Part shown: positions 50,184 to 60,268 of the stretch, in pieces
Layout of the letters: each line of letters opens with the position of its first letter
Numbering within the stretch: the first letter of the stretch is position 1
Origin: Zootoca vivipara
Taxonomy: Eukaryota
Direction of reading: 5' to 3'
NCBI RefSeq assembly: GCF_963506605.1
Contig: NC_083281.1
Span: 44,082,001 to 44,146,000, forward strand
Length of the DNA stretch: 64,000 nucleotides
The notes under the pieces: generated by a model
What the model saw: only the letters and a program-made list of their open reading frames with translations
Database searches by the model: none
Told to the model about the DNA's origin: nothing
Made by a program: the position numbers and the translations under genes

Positions 50184-53100
50184 GATGCTCCAGCACCCAT
50201 TTAGCTAACTATTCTCATTTCAGAATCCTCACGACAGCTATCAGGGTGTGCACTTGGCCACTGCCCACCCCCTTCCACTTTGCCTTTTAGCACTTGCTGC
50301 TCTCTTCAGGCACACAGCTCCTGCTGGTTTATAAGGAGCTTACATGCCTCAAGCTGCATTCTAAGGCACTGCAGCAATACTTCAGGCCCCTGCCCTGTGG
50401 AAGGGCTCCATTCAGAGGGCAGAGCAAGGGCTTGGGCGTTTGGATGAGGGGTGTTATCATTTCAGAAACGGTACCTCACAAAAATTAAAGCCCACGATGC
50501 AGCCGGCTGCGTGCTTCTGTCCCTTGTAGCATCCTTCTCCATGGCAGGTGAAACTTGAGCACACTTTCCCCTACAGAGGGAGGGAGCGAGGGAGGAAAGA
50601 GAGGCAAGCCATTGAATTGTGGACACCAGGACTGTGCACTGGATTCAGCCAAATCCCCAGACAAATCAGGACTGTTCAGAAGGACGCAGGCATTTGTCAA
50701 GTTGGGTTCAGACAGCCACACATCTCTGCAGGTTGGACAGGGTGGCCCAGAGCCATCCAGGAAGGAAGGAGAGGCAGGCAAGGCAGACAAACCCCACAAA
50801 AAAGCCCAGACTCTTCTGGGAGGAGGTGGGCCCAACTTCTTTCCTGCCCCCAGGGATCTCCCCCTCTGCTCAACAGCTCTTCAATTAAATGATTGATCCA
50901 ATGGGTGTGGGTGTGTGGGTGCACCCTTGGTGTTGGGCAGGAGGGAGGACATAGGAAAAGAACCAGGATCCCATTTCCCACTCATCCACCCACCCACTCT
51001 GGGGATGCCACTTGCCCCACCAGCAAACAAGCCATCCCTGCCAGAACATGAAGTAACACCTACATTTTTGGGGGGTGCTTTGGTGGTGGTGGTGGTGGGT
51101 GCCGGCGTAGTGGTGGGCGGCAGGTCACCTAGAACAGACATGAGAGATGGAGGAGCTGGCTGAGGCCCCCAGGACCTCTTGACGGATGGGAGAAGCTGTC
51201 GTGCCAGACTGGCAGGTCAGAGAGAGGCTGGCTGCGGGCTGAAATCCTGCCCTTCAGCTGCGCCAGGGACCGAGTCTCCACAGCCAGGAAAGGCCTCTCT
51301 GAGAAGGCAGCTCTGCCCAGATGCCCCACAGGTCAGGTCAGCCTCCCCAGGGAGAAGGAATCCTGCCAAGCAGAGCATCCTAAGAGGCCTCCCATTGGGG
51401 GAGCTTACCGTAGGCTGTAGCATTGAGGAGCAGGCAGTTTGGGGAGCTGCAGCACTCCATTGAACACAGGTTCATGCCGATGGTGCCATTCTGCATGCAC
51501 ATGTCGGTGCCATTGATTCCCCCACACTCACTGCTGCACCGGGCTGTGTAGCTGGTCGTGTTGAGGCGGAAGAGCTGCAAGAGCAAGACCCACCAAAGGG
51601 TTAGCAGGGGAAGGCTGACAACTGACCATTACTGCATTATGATCCATGCAGAGAAGTAGGAGTGGCTGGACCCCACAAGCCCCACCTAAGCTGATCCCCC
51701 CCCAACACACTTGTAAGGACACAGTCCAGGACGGAAGCCAAGGCCACCCACAGTCCTTTACTGCCTCTTCTAGGGGGGCTTTATTTATTTATTCTTGGTT
51801 TATATACCACCCTTCAAGATCTTATGATGGTTCACAGGATAAAAATACAAGGTACAAACACAAGTCAATAGTTAAAACAAAAACATCAGAACAATACCTC
51901 CCAAACACATTTTAAAAGGCTGTAGAGTACTGTATTAATCAACTTTATAAAACCAATAAATACAAATACAAATTGACATATAACACTTAAAGGTAAAAGG
52001 ACCTCTGACCGTTAAGTCCAGTCGCGGACGACTCTGGGGTTGCAGCACTCATCTTGCTTTACTGGCCGAGGGAGCCGGCGTACAGCTTCCAGGTCATGTG
52101 GCCAGCATGACTAAGCTTCTTCTGGCAAACCAGAGCAGCGCACGGAAATGCCATTTACCTTCCCGCCGGAGTGGTACCTATTTATCTACTTGCACTTTGA
52201 CGTGCTTTCGAACTGCTAGGTTGGCAGGAGCTGGGACTGAGCAACGGGAGCTCCCTCTGTCGCAGGGATTCGAACCGCCAACCTTCCGATCGGCAAGCCC
52301 TAGGCTCTGTGGTTAAACCCACAGCGCCACCCGTGTCCTATATAACACTTAAGAACCATTTAAAACAACCCTGTTCAAATAAGCAACACCTCCGCACTCC
52401 CTACCTCGCAGTGTGTTGCGTTGTGGCAGGTCTCTGTGTTGTTCCCATGAGCTTCGTCATGGTAGCATCGCTCCCCGGAACACTGGAAACTCTGGCATGT
52501 GAGCTGCAGAGGGAGATGGAGATGGAGCTGAACCTCCATGGCAAGAAAACTAGACAGCTGGCCTGCCCAGATCAAGCATCCTCTGCCCTAGTAGCACCTC
52601 TCACCTGAGACCTGGACCTGGCCTGCCACCTCCACTTGGGCCTCCCAATTGAATCATTTCCTGGTTCATCTCTCTCACATACAAGCCTGCCCAATGAATA
52701 CTTCCATCTGCAGGATGTCCCTTCTCACCAAAGGGCTGCAGCCAGCCAGGAGCAGACACTCCTTGCCTGCCCCCCACCCAGACATTCCCATCCCATCACC
52801 TCCAACTGGGAAGTGCCCAACACACACACACACCACCCCCCACAGCAGCGCCATCCTGGGTCAGTTTCTTACGTTCATCATGCCTGTGCTGTTTGCTGAG
52901 CTGAGCTGCTGGGGATGTGGGGTGCTGTTTGCTGAGCTGCTGGGGATGTGGGGTGCTCCTGAAATGGGCCCAGGCTCTGAAAGAGGAAGAAAGAGGTTAG
53001 TAAATCCCTTGGTGTGCGAGCCAAGGAAGTCTCTGCTCCTGCTAATAGTTTTCTGAGTGGAGCAGAAGCCTTGACTGCAACTGAAGCCATGCTTATATTT

Positions 53101-53915
53101 CAGGAGGTGCATAGAGAAAAGTGGCAGGAAGTTCCAAGGATCCACCACTTCCTCATCCTGTCCCCCAGGGGCCTCCCTACACTGAACTTTCCCCTTCCCA
53201 GCACATAGTCAGCCAGCCAGCCCTCTCACCTGCCAGTATACAAGAGGTCCAAGTGCTGAAGTGCAGAGCAACCCAGAGGAGAAAGATGCCTGCAGATGGA
53301 AAAAAAAGAAAGACCATGTTTGTTTGTTTGTTTGTTTGTTTGTTTGTTTGTTTGTTTCTTGAAAGGAAAGAGAAAAGGCACCTCTGTCACCCACAGCTCA
53401 CTGTAGGGGACCATCAGACAATGTCACATCAAGGCTTTGATGGATACCATGGCAGACCTCTGTTCTTTAGGGCAGTGGCGGAGCTTCATGCTCCAGCACC
53501 GGGGGCAGAGAGCAGGCAGGAGCGTGGCTGGCGTGTGTCCCGGGGCCGTGGTGTGCCGCCTGCAGGGGTGTGGCGGCCAGCGTGGGGGGCGGCAGCCGCG
53601 ATGGCACCCCACCAGGATCATGGTGCCGGGGGCGGTGCACTCCCCCTGCCCCCTCTCCCTCTGCCAGTGCTTTAGGGTGGGGCTCTTGTTCTTTTACCAG
53701 ACTGTTGGGCAAGCAGAAATCCAACAAACAGCCACTCCCCAATACTATCCCGGTTCCTCTGACTCGCTCAGGAGACACTCTGTGCCTTCCAAATAAAATA
53801 TCACCTTCACCAAGGAGCAAGTCACTGTCAGGCTGTCACCTCTGCCAGAAATTCCACCACAATGAAGCCTCTTACCCTGGGCTGGGAGAAACCGGTGGTT
53901 GTTGGGACTTGCCAT
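48686..53915 (-). CDS. Uncharacterised, probably GPI-anchored glycoprotein with two 12-Cys LU (Ly6/uPAR, three-finger)-like domains, ~298 aa, 8 coding exons
   Basis: Exons 53915-53876, 53289-53230, 52976-52873, 52503-52405, 51574-51409, 51128-51064, 50570-50475, 48952-48686 (897 nt; every junction GT-AG and phase-matched). Protein: MASPNNHRFLPAQGIFLLWVALHFSTWTSCILAEPGPISGAPHIPSSSANSTPHPQQLSSANSTGMMNLTCQSFQCSGERCYHDEAHGNNTETCHNATHCELFRLNTTSYTARCSSECGGINGTDMCMQNGTIGMNLCSMECCSSPNCLLLNATAYGDLPPTTTPAPTTTTTKAPPKNGKVCSSFTCHGEGCYKGQKHAAGCIVGFNFCEMKKTGPHFVAGCSKVCKTAGPPCSAGSKVPCYQECCPAMPKTSCLKLDGKVHFNGAKQVAALTPLLQLLLCVAVLSLNYALLFSAGHN*. AATAAA at 48478-48483 (minus). The first coding exon is the least certain. 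Confidence 0.88.
49170..50183 (+). mobile_element. L2-clade LINE, 5'-truncated, with an uninterrupted RT C-terminal ORF and (TAT)n tail; antisense in the last intron of the LU-like gene
   Basis: YADDTQLY...NRLRLNPDKTE...[10 protein letters not shown]...QNAAARL...[14 protein letters not shown] (ORF 49012-50067). Confidence 0.93.
50475..50570 (-). CDS. LU-like gene exon: first half of domain 2
   Basis: GKVCSSFTCHGEGCYKGQKHAAGCIVGFNFCE; phase 0-0; CTCTGTAG| acceptor and |GTACC donor. Confidence 0.88.
51064..51128 (-). CDS. LU-like gene exon: Thr/Pro mucin-like hinge
   Basis: (G)DLPPTTTPAPTTTTTKAPPKN; phase 1-0. Confidence 0.85.
51409..51574 (-). CDS. LU-like gene exon: second half of domain 1
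   Basis: LFRLNTTSYTARC...MECCSSPNCLLLNATAY; phase 0-1; donor G|GTAAG. Confidence 0.88.
51989..52338 (-). mobile_element. Sauria SINE (minus strand) with TSD
   Basis: Reverse complement of the 17620 copy; TSD ATATAACACTTAA. Confidence 0.9.
52405..52503 (-). CDS. LU-like gene exon: first half of domain 1
   Basis: LTCQSFQCSGERCYHDEAHGNNTETCHNATHCE; phase 0-0. Confidence 0.88.
52873..52976 (-). CDS. LU-like gene exon: N-terminal stalk
   Basis: (E)PGPISGAPHIPSSSANSTPHPQQLSSANSTGMMN; phase 1-0; CTCTTTCAG| acceptor and |GTAAG donor. Confidence 0.8.
53230..53289 (-). CDS. LU-like gene exon: signal-peptide hydrophobic core
   Basis: (G)IFLLWVALHFSTWTSCILA; phase 1-1; strong acceptor and CAG|GTGAG donor. 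Confidence 0.78.
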
Positions 53916-56900
53916 CTCGAGCCAAGGGGATCTAATCCTGTAGGACCCTGCAGAATGGGCAACAGGGAAGGAACATATGCATGCATTTCTCAGATTTCTC
54001 AGCACACACGCCCCGAGCACAAGGAGGCAATGCAAGCAACCCCTAAACTCAAGACAAAGCTGTAGAAAGGATCCTAAACAGCGTCTTGGCAGGACCTATC
54101 TCAGTTCACTAGGAGCAATGGGTCGAATGAAGCAGGGGCCCTTTGCACATTCCTCTGTTTTGGTCTTCTCATCCAGGTAATGAGGCTGGGCAGTCACTGG
54201 CTAGGAATCTGAGCACGGCATCAGCTGTGCCCACAATAGTCAGGAAGGCAGTTGCCAGTGGGCTCTTGAAAAGTGGCTCTCTCAAGGAGAAAAGGCAGAA
54301 GGAGATGCTTTGGAGCGTCAAGCCATTTCTCCACCTGGCTAGTATAGCTGGAGCCAGCTGGATCACCCCAGTGCAGAGCATCTGGATCTGGATCTGGATC
54401 TGAACCCAGTCTGCAAGGACAGAACTTGAGCTGCCCCAAGTAACATCCATTGGAGGGAGTCAGAAGACATTACCCCTGCCTTCCTGGGGAAAGTCAGCTG
54501 GGTCTTTCTCTATGAGAGTGATTGTGCACATGCTGCTGTTACCCCCACCCCAACAGCTTCTCTGCCTCAGGCTGTTGCTAGATCCCAGCCCTCCCAGAAC
54601 AGATGCTGCCAATTTTGAACCATGAAGTGCTAAACAAACCCAGCAAAAGGAGAAGACCGGCAGGGAAGACCGCCCCGCTCCCCATTATTTCTGTGTGGTG
54701 CCATCTGTGTGCCTGATGCTTTATGGGGGTACAGGAAGGCAGCACCTTGCCTTGATGAGCTTCCAGTCTTAAATATGACCACAGAGGAAGATCAGAGGAA
54801 GCAAGCATCCATTTTGCCTCCATTTTGGCTGCATGGCCTTGGGCTTTATTGCAGAAAGGCAGGGGGGGGGTTTCGCAGGTAGGCATCCTGGGAGGCAGTT
54901 CCAGGCATGCAAGAGGAGCTGCTGGAGGGAGGAGACCTTGGGATGGCTGAAGGCTGTGGAAAGAAGGTCACAGGCAGAGAGACCTTTAGATATGAGAGCA
55001 GCAAAGAGAGAAGGCCATGCCAGGCTCTGCAGGGGGGCCCATCCTGGATCTGGAGCAGACAGAGAGCCAGTGTAGGGATGGGTGGAGGAGTGTCACATTT
55101 TGGTAGTCAGAGTGACAAGGTGAATGTTTAGTTGGCAGTGTGCTAGAGACGAAGCGGGGACAAGATGAGAGTTGACACTGGGGGGATACATCACAGGAGT
55201 CATAGGAGTTGCAGAGAAGCTGAATGAATTATTTGCAGCTCTCTTCACAGCAGATAGTGTAGGGCAGTTCCCAGTGCCTGAACTAACCTTTGCGGCAGGC
55301 AAGTCTAATAAACTAAGACAGATAGTGGTGACGAGAGATGAAGATCTCTCATCACAAAATGAAAACTGCTGGACTAGATGGGCCATTGGCCTAATCCAGC
55401 AGGCTCTTACGTGGTTTTGCTATGTTTTAAAGGAAAAGGCACAGTTACCTCAACCTAAGGAGCTTTCTTGACAAAACAAGGTGAGTTCCAATTTGGAGCA
55501 TCAAGTAGTGCACATTGAGGTGCGTTTTTAGTAACTGCCAATCTTTCGTTGCTCAGAGACTCAGCAAAACCTAACACTGAGCAAGTCTTAGAGAAAGTCT
55601 GGCTGCCTTTGATTGCAAACTGATGGATGGGGGTGGGGTGAGCAGCTGCAGCTCTGGATCGCTTTATCTATTGCAGGGGGTTGGATTAGGTGACCCTTGA
55701 GGTCTTTCCAACTCTACAATTATATAATTCTATGATTCTCTTGTGTCTCCTACAATTAGCCTCATGCATCTTATTCTGTGTGAAGCTTATTCTGGATTCC
55801 AAGAGGACAGGAAGTGCCATTATGGGTTGTTGCTGGTATAGGCTTTTCCTGCAGTGTTGGCAGACACCCCCAACCTCCTCTTCGGGAAATCTTGCAATGT
55901 CTTCTTAATTAAAGCAAGTCATTAAAACAGTTAATATATGTACACCAGCTTTATAAACTACCCTAAATGGGATAATGTTTATTGGTAACACTTCCATTAA
56001 AGGGTAATAATTTTATGTCTCAATTCAATACTTACTTTGTTTTGAAGACACATACGGTAGCATGACTATTCCCAGGGGGCTTAGCAACAAATACAAAGGA
56101 TTTAACAAGCAAACCCCAAGAAAAATAGGGGGGGGACACCAGCAGGACAGAATACATACTTAATGCAGAAAAATAGAAAAATCTAACAAGCAGAGTCAGT
56201 AAGTCAAAGGCAGAATGAGAAAGTCTCTGACTGGTGCAGAAAACACACCAATCAGCTACGGGCAAGCCGCCTCCAGGAGGTACATTCCTGTAACCAGAAG
56301 TTGCCCCTGCTTCACCTCTGGGGCCTCCCCATTATCTGCGCTGAGCATATTGGCAGGTTTGCGCAGGATAAATTCAAGGAGTCCATACCACCTGAAGCTT
56401 CACTGGTCCACTGGGGGACCTTGACTTGTGCCACCAGTCAACATCCTTCAGAAGATTCCTACATTCCCGCATTGCAGGAGGTTGGATGAGATGACCCTTG
56501 AGGTCCCTTCCAACTCTACAATTCTATTATCTGTTCCCACCAGCAACAACAGCTCTTGCATTGAGCATTTGGCTGCTCTGTGTCTCATTCCCTGGTCAAA
56601 TCTGCTTAGCCTTTAGCCTGATAACCCTCCAAGGCCTTGATCTCTTGTGGTGCTTAGTTAAGGCCATTACACCAGCTGCTGGTGAAGCGGCCAAAGGGGT
56701 AAGAGCACTTGCAGCAACAAGTACAAAGACCTATGAAGGCTATGGGCTGAGTTCCAGGAACCCCTGCAGGTCCCCAAGCAGTGGCTGCCATGGAGCCTGG
56801 AAAATGACACGCCCAGAGGCCCAGGGCTCCTCGCTAATGACATGTGCTGTTGGCCCAGCAACCCTGTGTTTGGTTGAGCCCCAGAGGAAAAATGGGAAAG

Positions 56901-59900
56901 CTGTAGACAGGCATCAAGGACAGAAACCCTCAAGAACAGAAGCCTATATCCTACCAGCACCTCCAGCAGCCAACCTACACCCAACAGTCAGCAAAAAACC
57001 TCATCAGCTCAGCCCTGGGTCATCCCCACCACTCTTGACAACCACTTTGGAAGCTTGGGGGACACAGCTGAGCCATTAGTTGAAAAAGCGGGGCCTGGGC
57101 TCTTCCCTAAAAGCATTGCATATCTGAGAAATCTACCAGTTTGGATGAAGAAGTGCAGCCCATTCACTTTCCCAAAACAGAGGCCTGTCAGAAAGGAACT
57201 GAACACAAAAGCTCACGACACAATGCTCTGTGTTCCTTTGCTTGGCTTCAACCCTCTTAGAACCTCAAGGAAGCGCTGCAAATTCAGGGGCGTCCTCAAG
57301 AACCAAAGCATGCGAGTTCTAATCCAGAAAAATGTATAGTCCACAGACCATCCTTCCAGCTAAGGAGCTGGAGCTTGGTAGGGTTTTGGGAATGTCTATT
57401 CTTTCAGAGGGCCTCCACGCCACCTGGTCGCTGCTCGTTCAGGATCCTATCATACGTTAAGGATGCAGGTTGAGGAGCCAACTCTGCTTCGTCCAGGAAT
57501 GGATTGTCTCACTCAGAAGCCCAACTCGATACATTTAGAGGACCAGTCCCCTCTGTAGCAGGCAGGTGTCTCATACACACACACTCTCAAGCATACACCC
57601 CCCCTCCCGCCTTCCTTAGCTAGTCCCCCAAAGGAACCCACCAGCTGCGCTCACTTACCTCGCCCTAGAAGCCTGTCTGAGTAATGTCTTCCTTCTGTGC
57701 TGGCAGAAGAGGTGCCCCTTGGGGAGCCCTCCTCCCCGCCCAGGTGGAGATGGCACCAACCAGCAGGTAGAGTGGAGTGGTGGGAAAAAGGAGGGGTTTG
57801 CTTCCATGATGCTCTGGGCAACCGAGGGCTGCTCTCCCCACATGGGGCCCAGAACACATGGAGGGATGAGGCACAGTCACAAAGGCTGGCTTCAGGGAGT
57901 CTTTGAGTAAAGGCATCAGAGCACTTAAGTTAATCCTCATAAAAGATGGGGAAAGGAGATCCATCCTCCCCCCACCCAACAAAGACTGTATGCTGTTTAC
58001 AATAAGGATCTGACAATTCAAGCTTTCCAGGCAGACCTCTGGTAACAGAAAGACCTGCCTGTGCCGCTCAACAGATGGAAGTTCCTCTCCACTACGAAAT
58101 ATCTTGGAATGGGACAAAAGGGTAGGCTGCTGTGGAGAGGGGCACTACTTGGGGGGCAGGCCCAGCATACTGATTGGCATAGACTGGTGTAGGTGTACAG
58201 AGATAAATTAAGGTGGTGGGTGATTGGGGTGGGGGGTCTCACCAGCAATGCAACAAAATGAAAAGGATGGGGCAGAGTGAAGGGGCAGGAGACCTGGGGT
58301 ACTTGGGACCACCCCCCTCAAACTACACCTGGGGAGAGGGGGCTACGCTTTCTTTTAATTTAGAGTTGTCTAAGCTTGGAAGTCAATAGGATTCTATATT
58401 GTTCTGAGAGAAATGGCCAGGGAAGGCGTCTTTGGGATGGGAGAGGGGAGAAACTGCCAGCTTTCAGGATGGAGCAGCTGCCTTGCTGAAAGCCACAGCT
58501 AGGAGGAGGCAAAACCTACATCCCAGCCTTTCCTAGAGACCTCCTCACCTGGGCGATGCATTGCAGAAACAAAGTCCTTGCCAGCCAAAGTGCAGTGGCC
58601 ACTTTGGGGATGATCGAGAGGGAGTTTCTCAAGGAAGAGAGTCTGGGTGTGTGTCTAAATGCTGCCAATACAGTTTATCAAGAAATGGAGTCTGTGTGAC
58701 TGTATATAAATGCTGCTGTTCCATTACAAGTCGGTAACACAAGGCCTAGGGATGTTCCTCAAGTGAGATGGAATAGGTTCTGAATTTAGCCCCCCTCCCC
58801 TCCCCATGGCAGAACACCCCAAATTTCCCCCAACCAGGGTACCCAAGAACACAGCTCAGCTAAACTGCCCTTCTACCACTTCCATACTGCAGCCACCCCC
58901 AGGTGCTCATCAGGGCCTCGCCTTCCTGAGGCAATTACAGCGACAAATCCATCCCAATTAGGGTAATTAGCCACGCTCTCTGTTCCCGGCGGGTCTCTGG
59001 GGTCCTTGGGTAGCAGCAGAGAAATAACAAGAAAAAGAGGAACTAAACCCAGGGAGAAGAGAAACACGGAAAGCTGCCTTATACTGAATCAAGACCATTA
59101 ATCCATCTAGCTCAGTACTGTCTGCACTGGCTGGCAGCAGCTCTTCAGGATTTCAGGTGGGAGTCTCTCCCAACACATCCGGGAGATGCTGCAGGAGACT
59201 GAACCTGGGATCATCTGCTTGCAAGGGAGATTCTCTAGCACTGAGGTATGGTCCTTCCCCAAACAGAGACTTCACAAGACACAGATGTTACATGTGGTGG
59301 GCCATGTTATGGTCTTCCCTCGTGGCTTGCCAGAGCAGCTGCCGCCACCACCACCACTGCAGCCACCTTGGATGGTTTTACTTCCTTTTCCAACTAGATT
59401 TCAACCCCCTTGTCCTATACACATGTGGGACCTGCAAGGGCATGCCTGTCCTTTCCACCGAGCAGCTCCCTGCCTCAAAGCCACAATAGCTGTTTTCCAA
59501 AGCAAATGGCCCTTAAGACAAGCGTTCTGCTCAGAGGGAAATGTGCCTGTAGGCATTAGGACCCAGGAGCTGGAAGCAGTAGCAGGATATTTACCAGCAG
59601 CTGCTGCAGTAGCAGGTGGGTTTGAGGAAACCCAGTGAACACAATTGCCTGTCACAACCAGGCCTTGAGTAGCTGCAAACAAAGGCACTTTCTTCTTTTC
59701 TTCCCCCCTCAACTGAAACAGAAGTGGGCCTAATGAACTACAAGGAGGGATAAAGGAACAACCCTAAAATCATAGACCAGTGGAGTTGGAAGGGACCCCA
59801 AAGGCTTGAGTTCAACCCCCACAATGCAGAAATTGCAGCTAAATAACCCCTGGCAGATAGCCATCCAATCTCTGCTTAAATATATCCAATGAAAGAGTCC

Positions 59901-60268
59901 ACCAGCTTCTGAGGGAGTATTTTCTGCATCTTTAGGAAGGGAAAGTTCAACTCTGGCTCAAATCTGTGAGGGACTGAATCTCTGCCTTGTGTTCTACTTC
60001 TAGTGAACAAGGATGCATTATGTGTGAAAGAAGCTGGGAGGAAGCCTGAATGTGTCTTTCAAATAAAGCTGCAGACCACACCAGGTGCCCATTCTTTTTG
60101 CCTTTAAAACTAAGATTTATTTTTTTATGAAAAAATTGTTACAGGAATCATCACCCTGTGAGCTGTAAGTGTCCTTGAAGCACCTGCTCCCATGGAGGGG
60201 GGAAGAACAGGCACACAAGCAACATGGGAGGTCTGGGGTGGGGTGAGTCGGGCCAACATCTCCTCTGA

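Noticed and set aside
54578-54690. Signal-peptide-like MGSGAVFPAGLLLLLGLFSTS upstream of the LU-like gene
   Set aside because: No good in-phase donor. The Leu/Phe run looks like a polypyrimidine tract ending in TTTAG, and the 53289-53230 exon supplies a better signal peptide.
58703-58710. TATATAAA TATA-like box between SF3A3 and the LU-like gene
   Set aside because: Oriented on the plus strand, with no supporting downstream exon or ORF.
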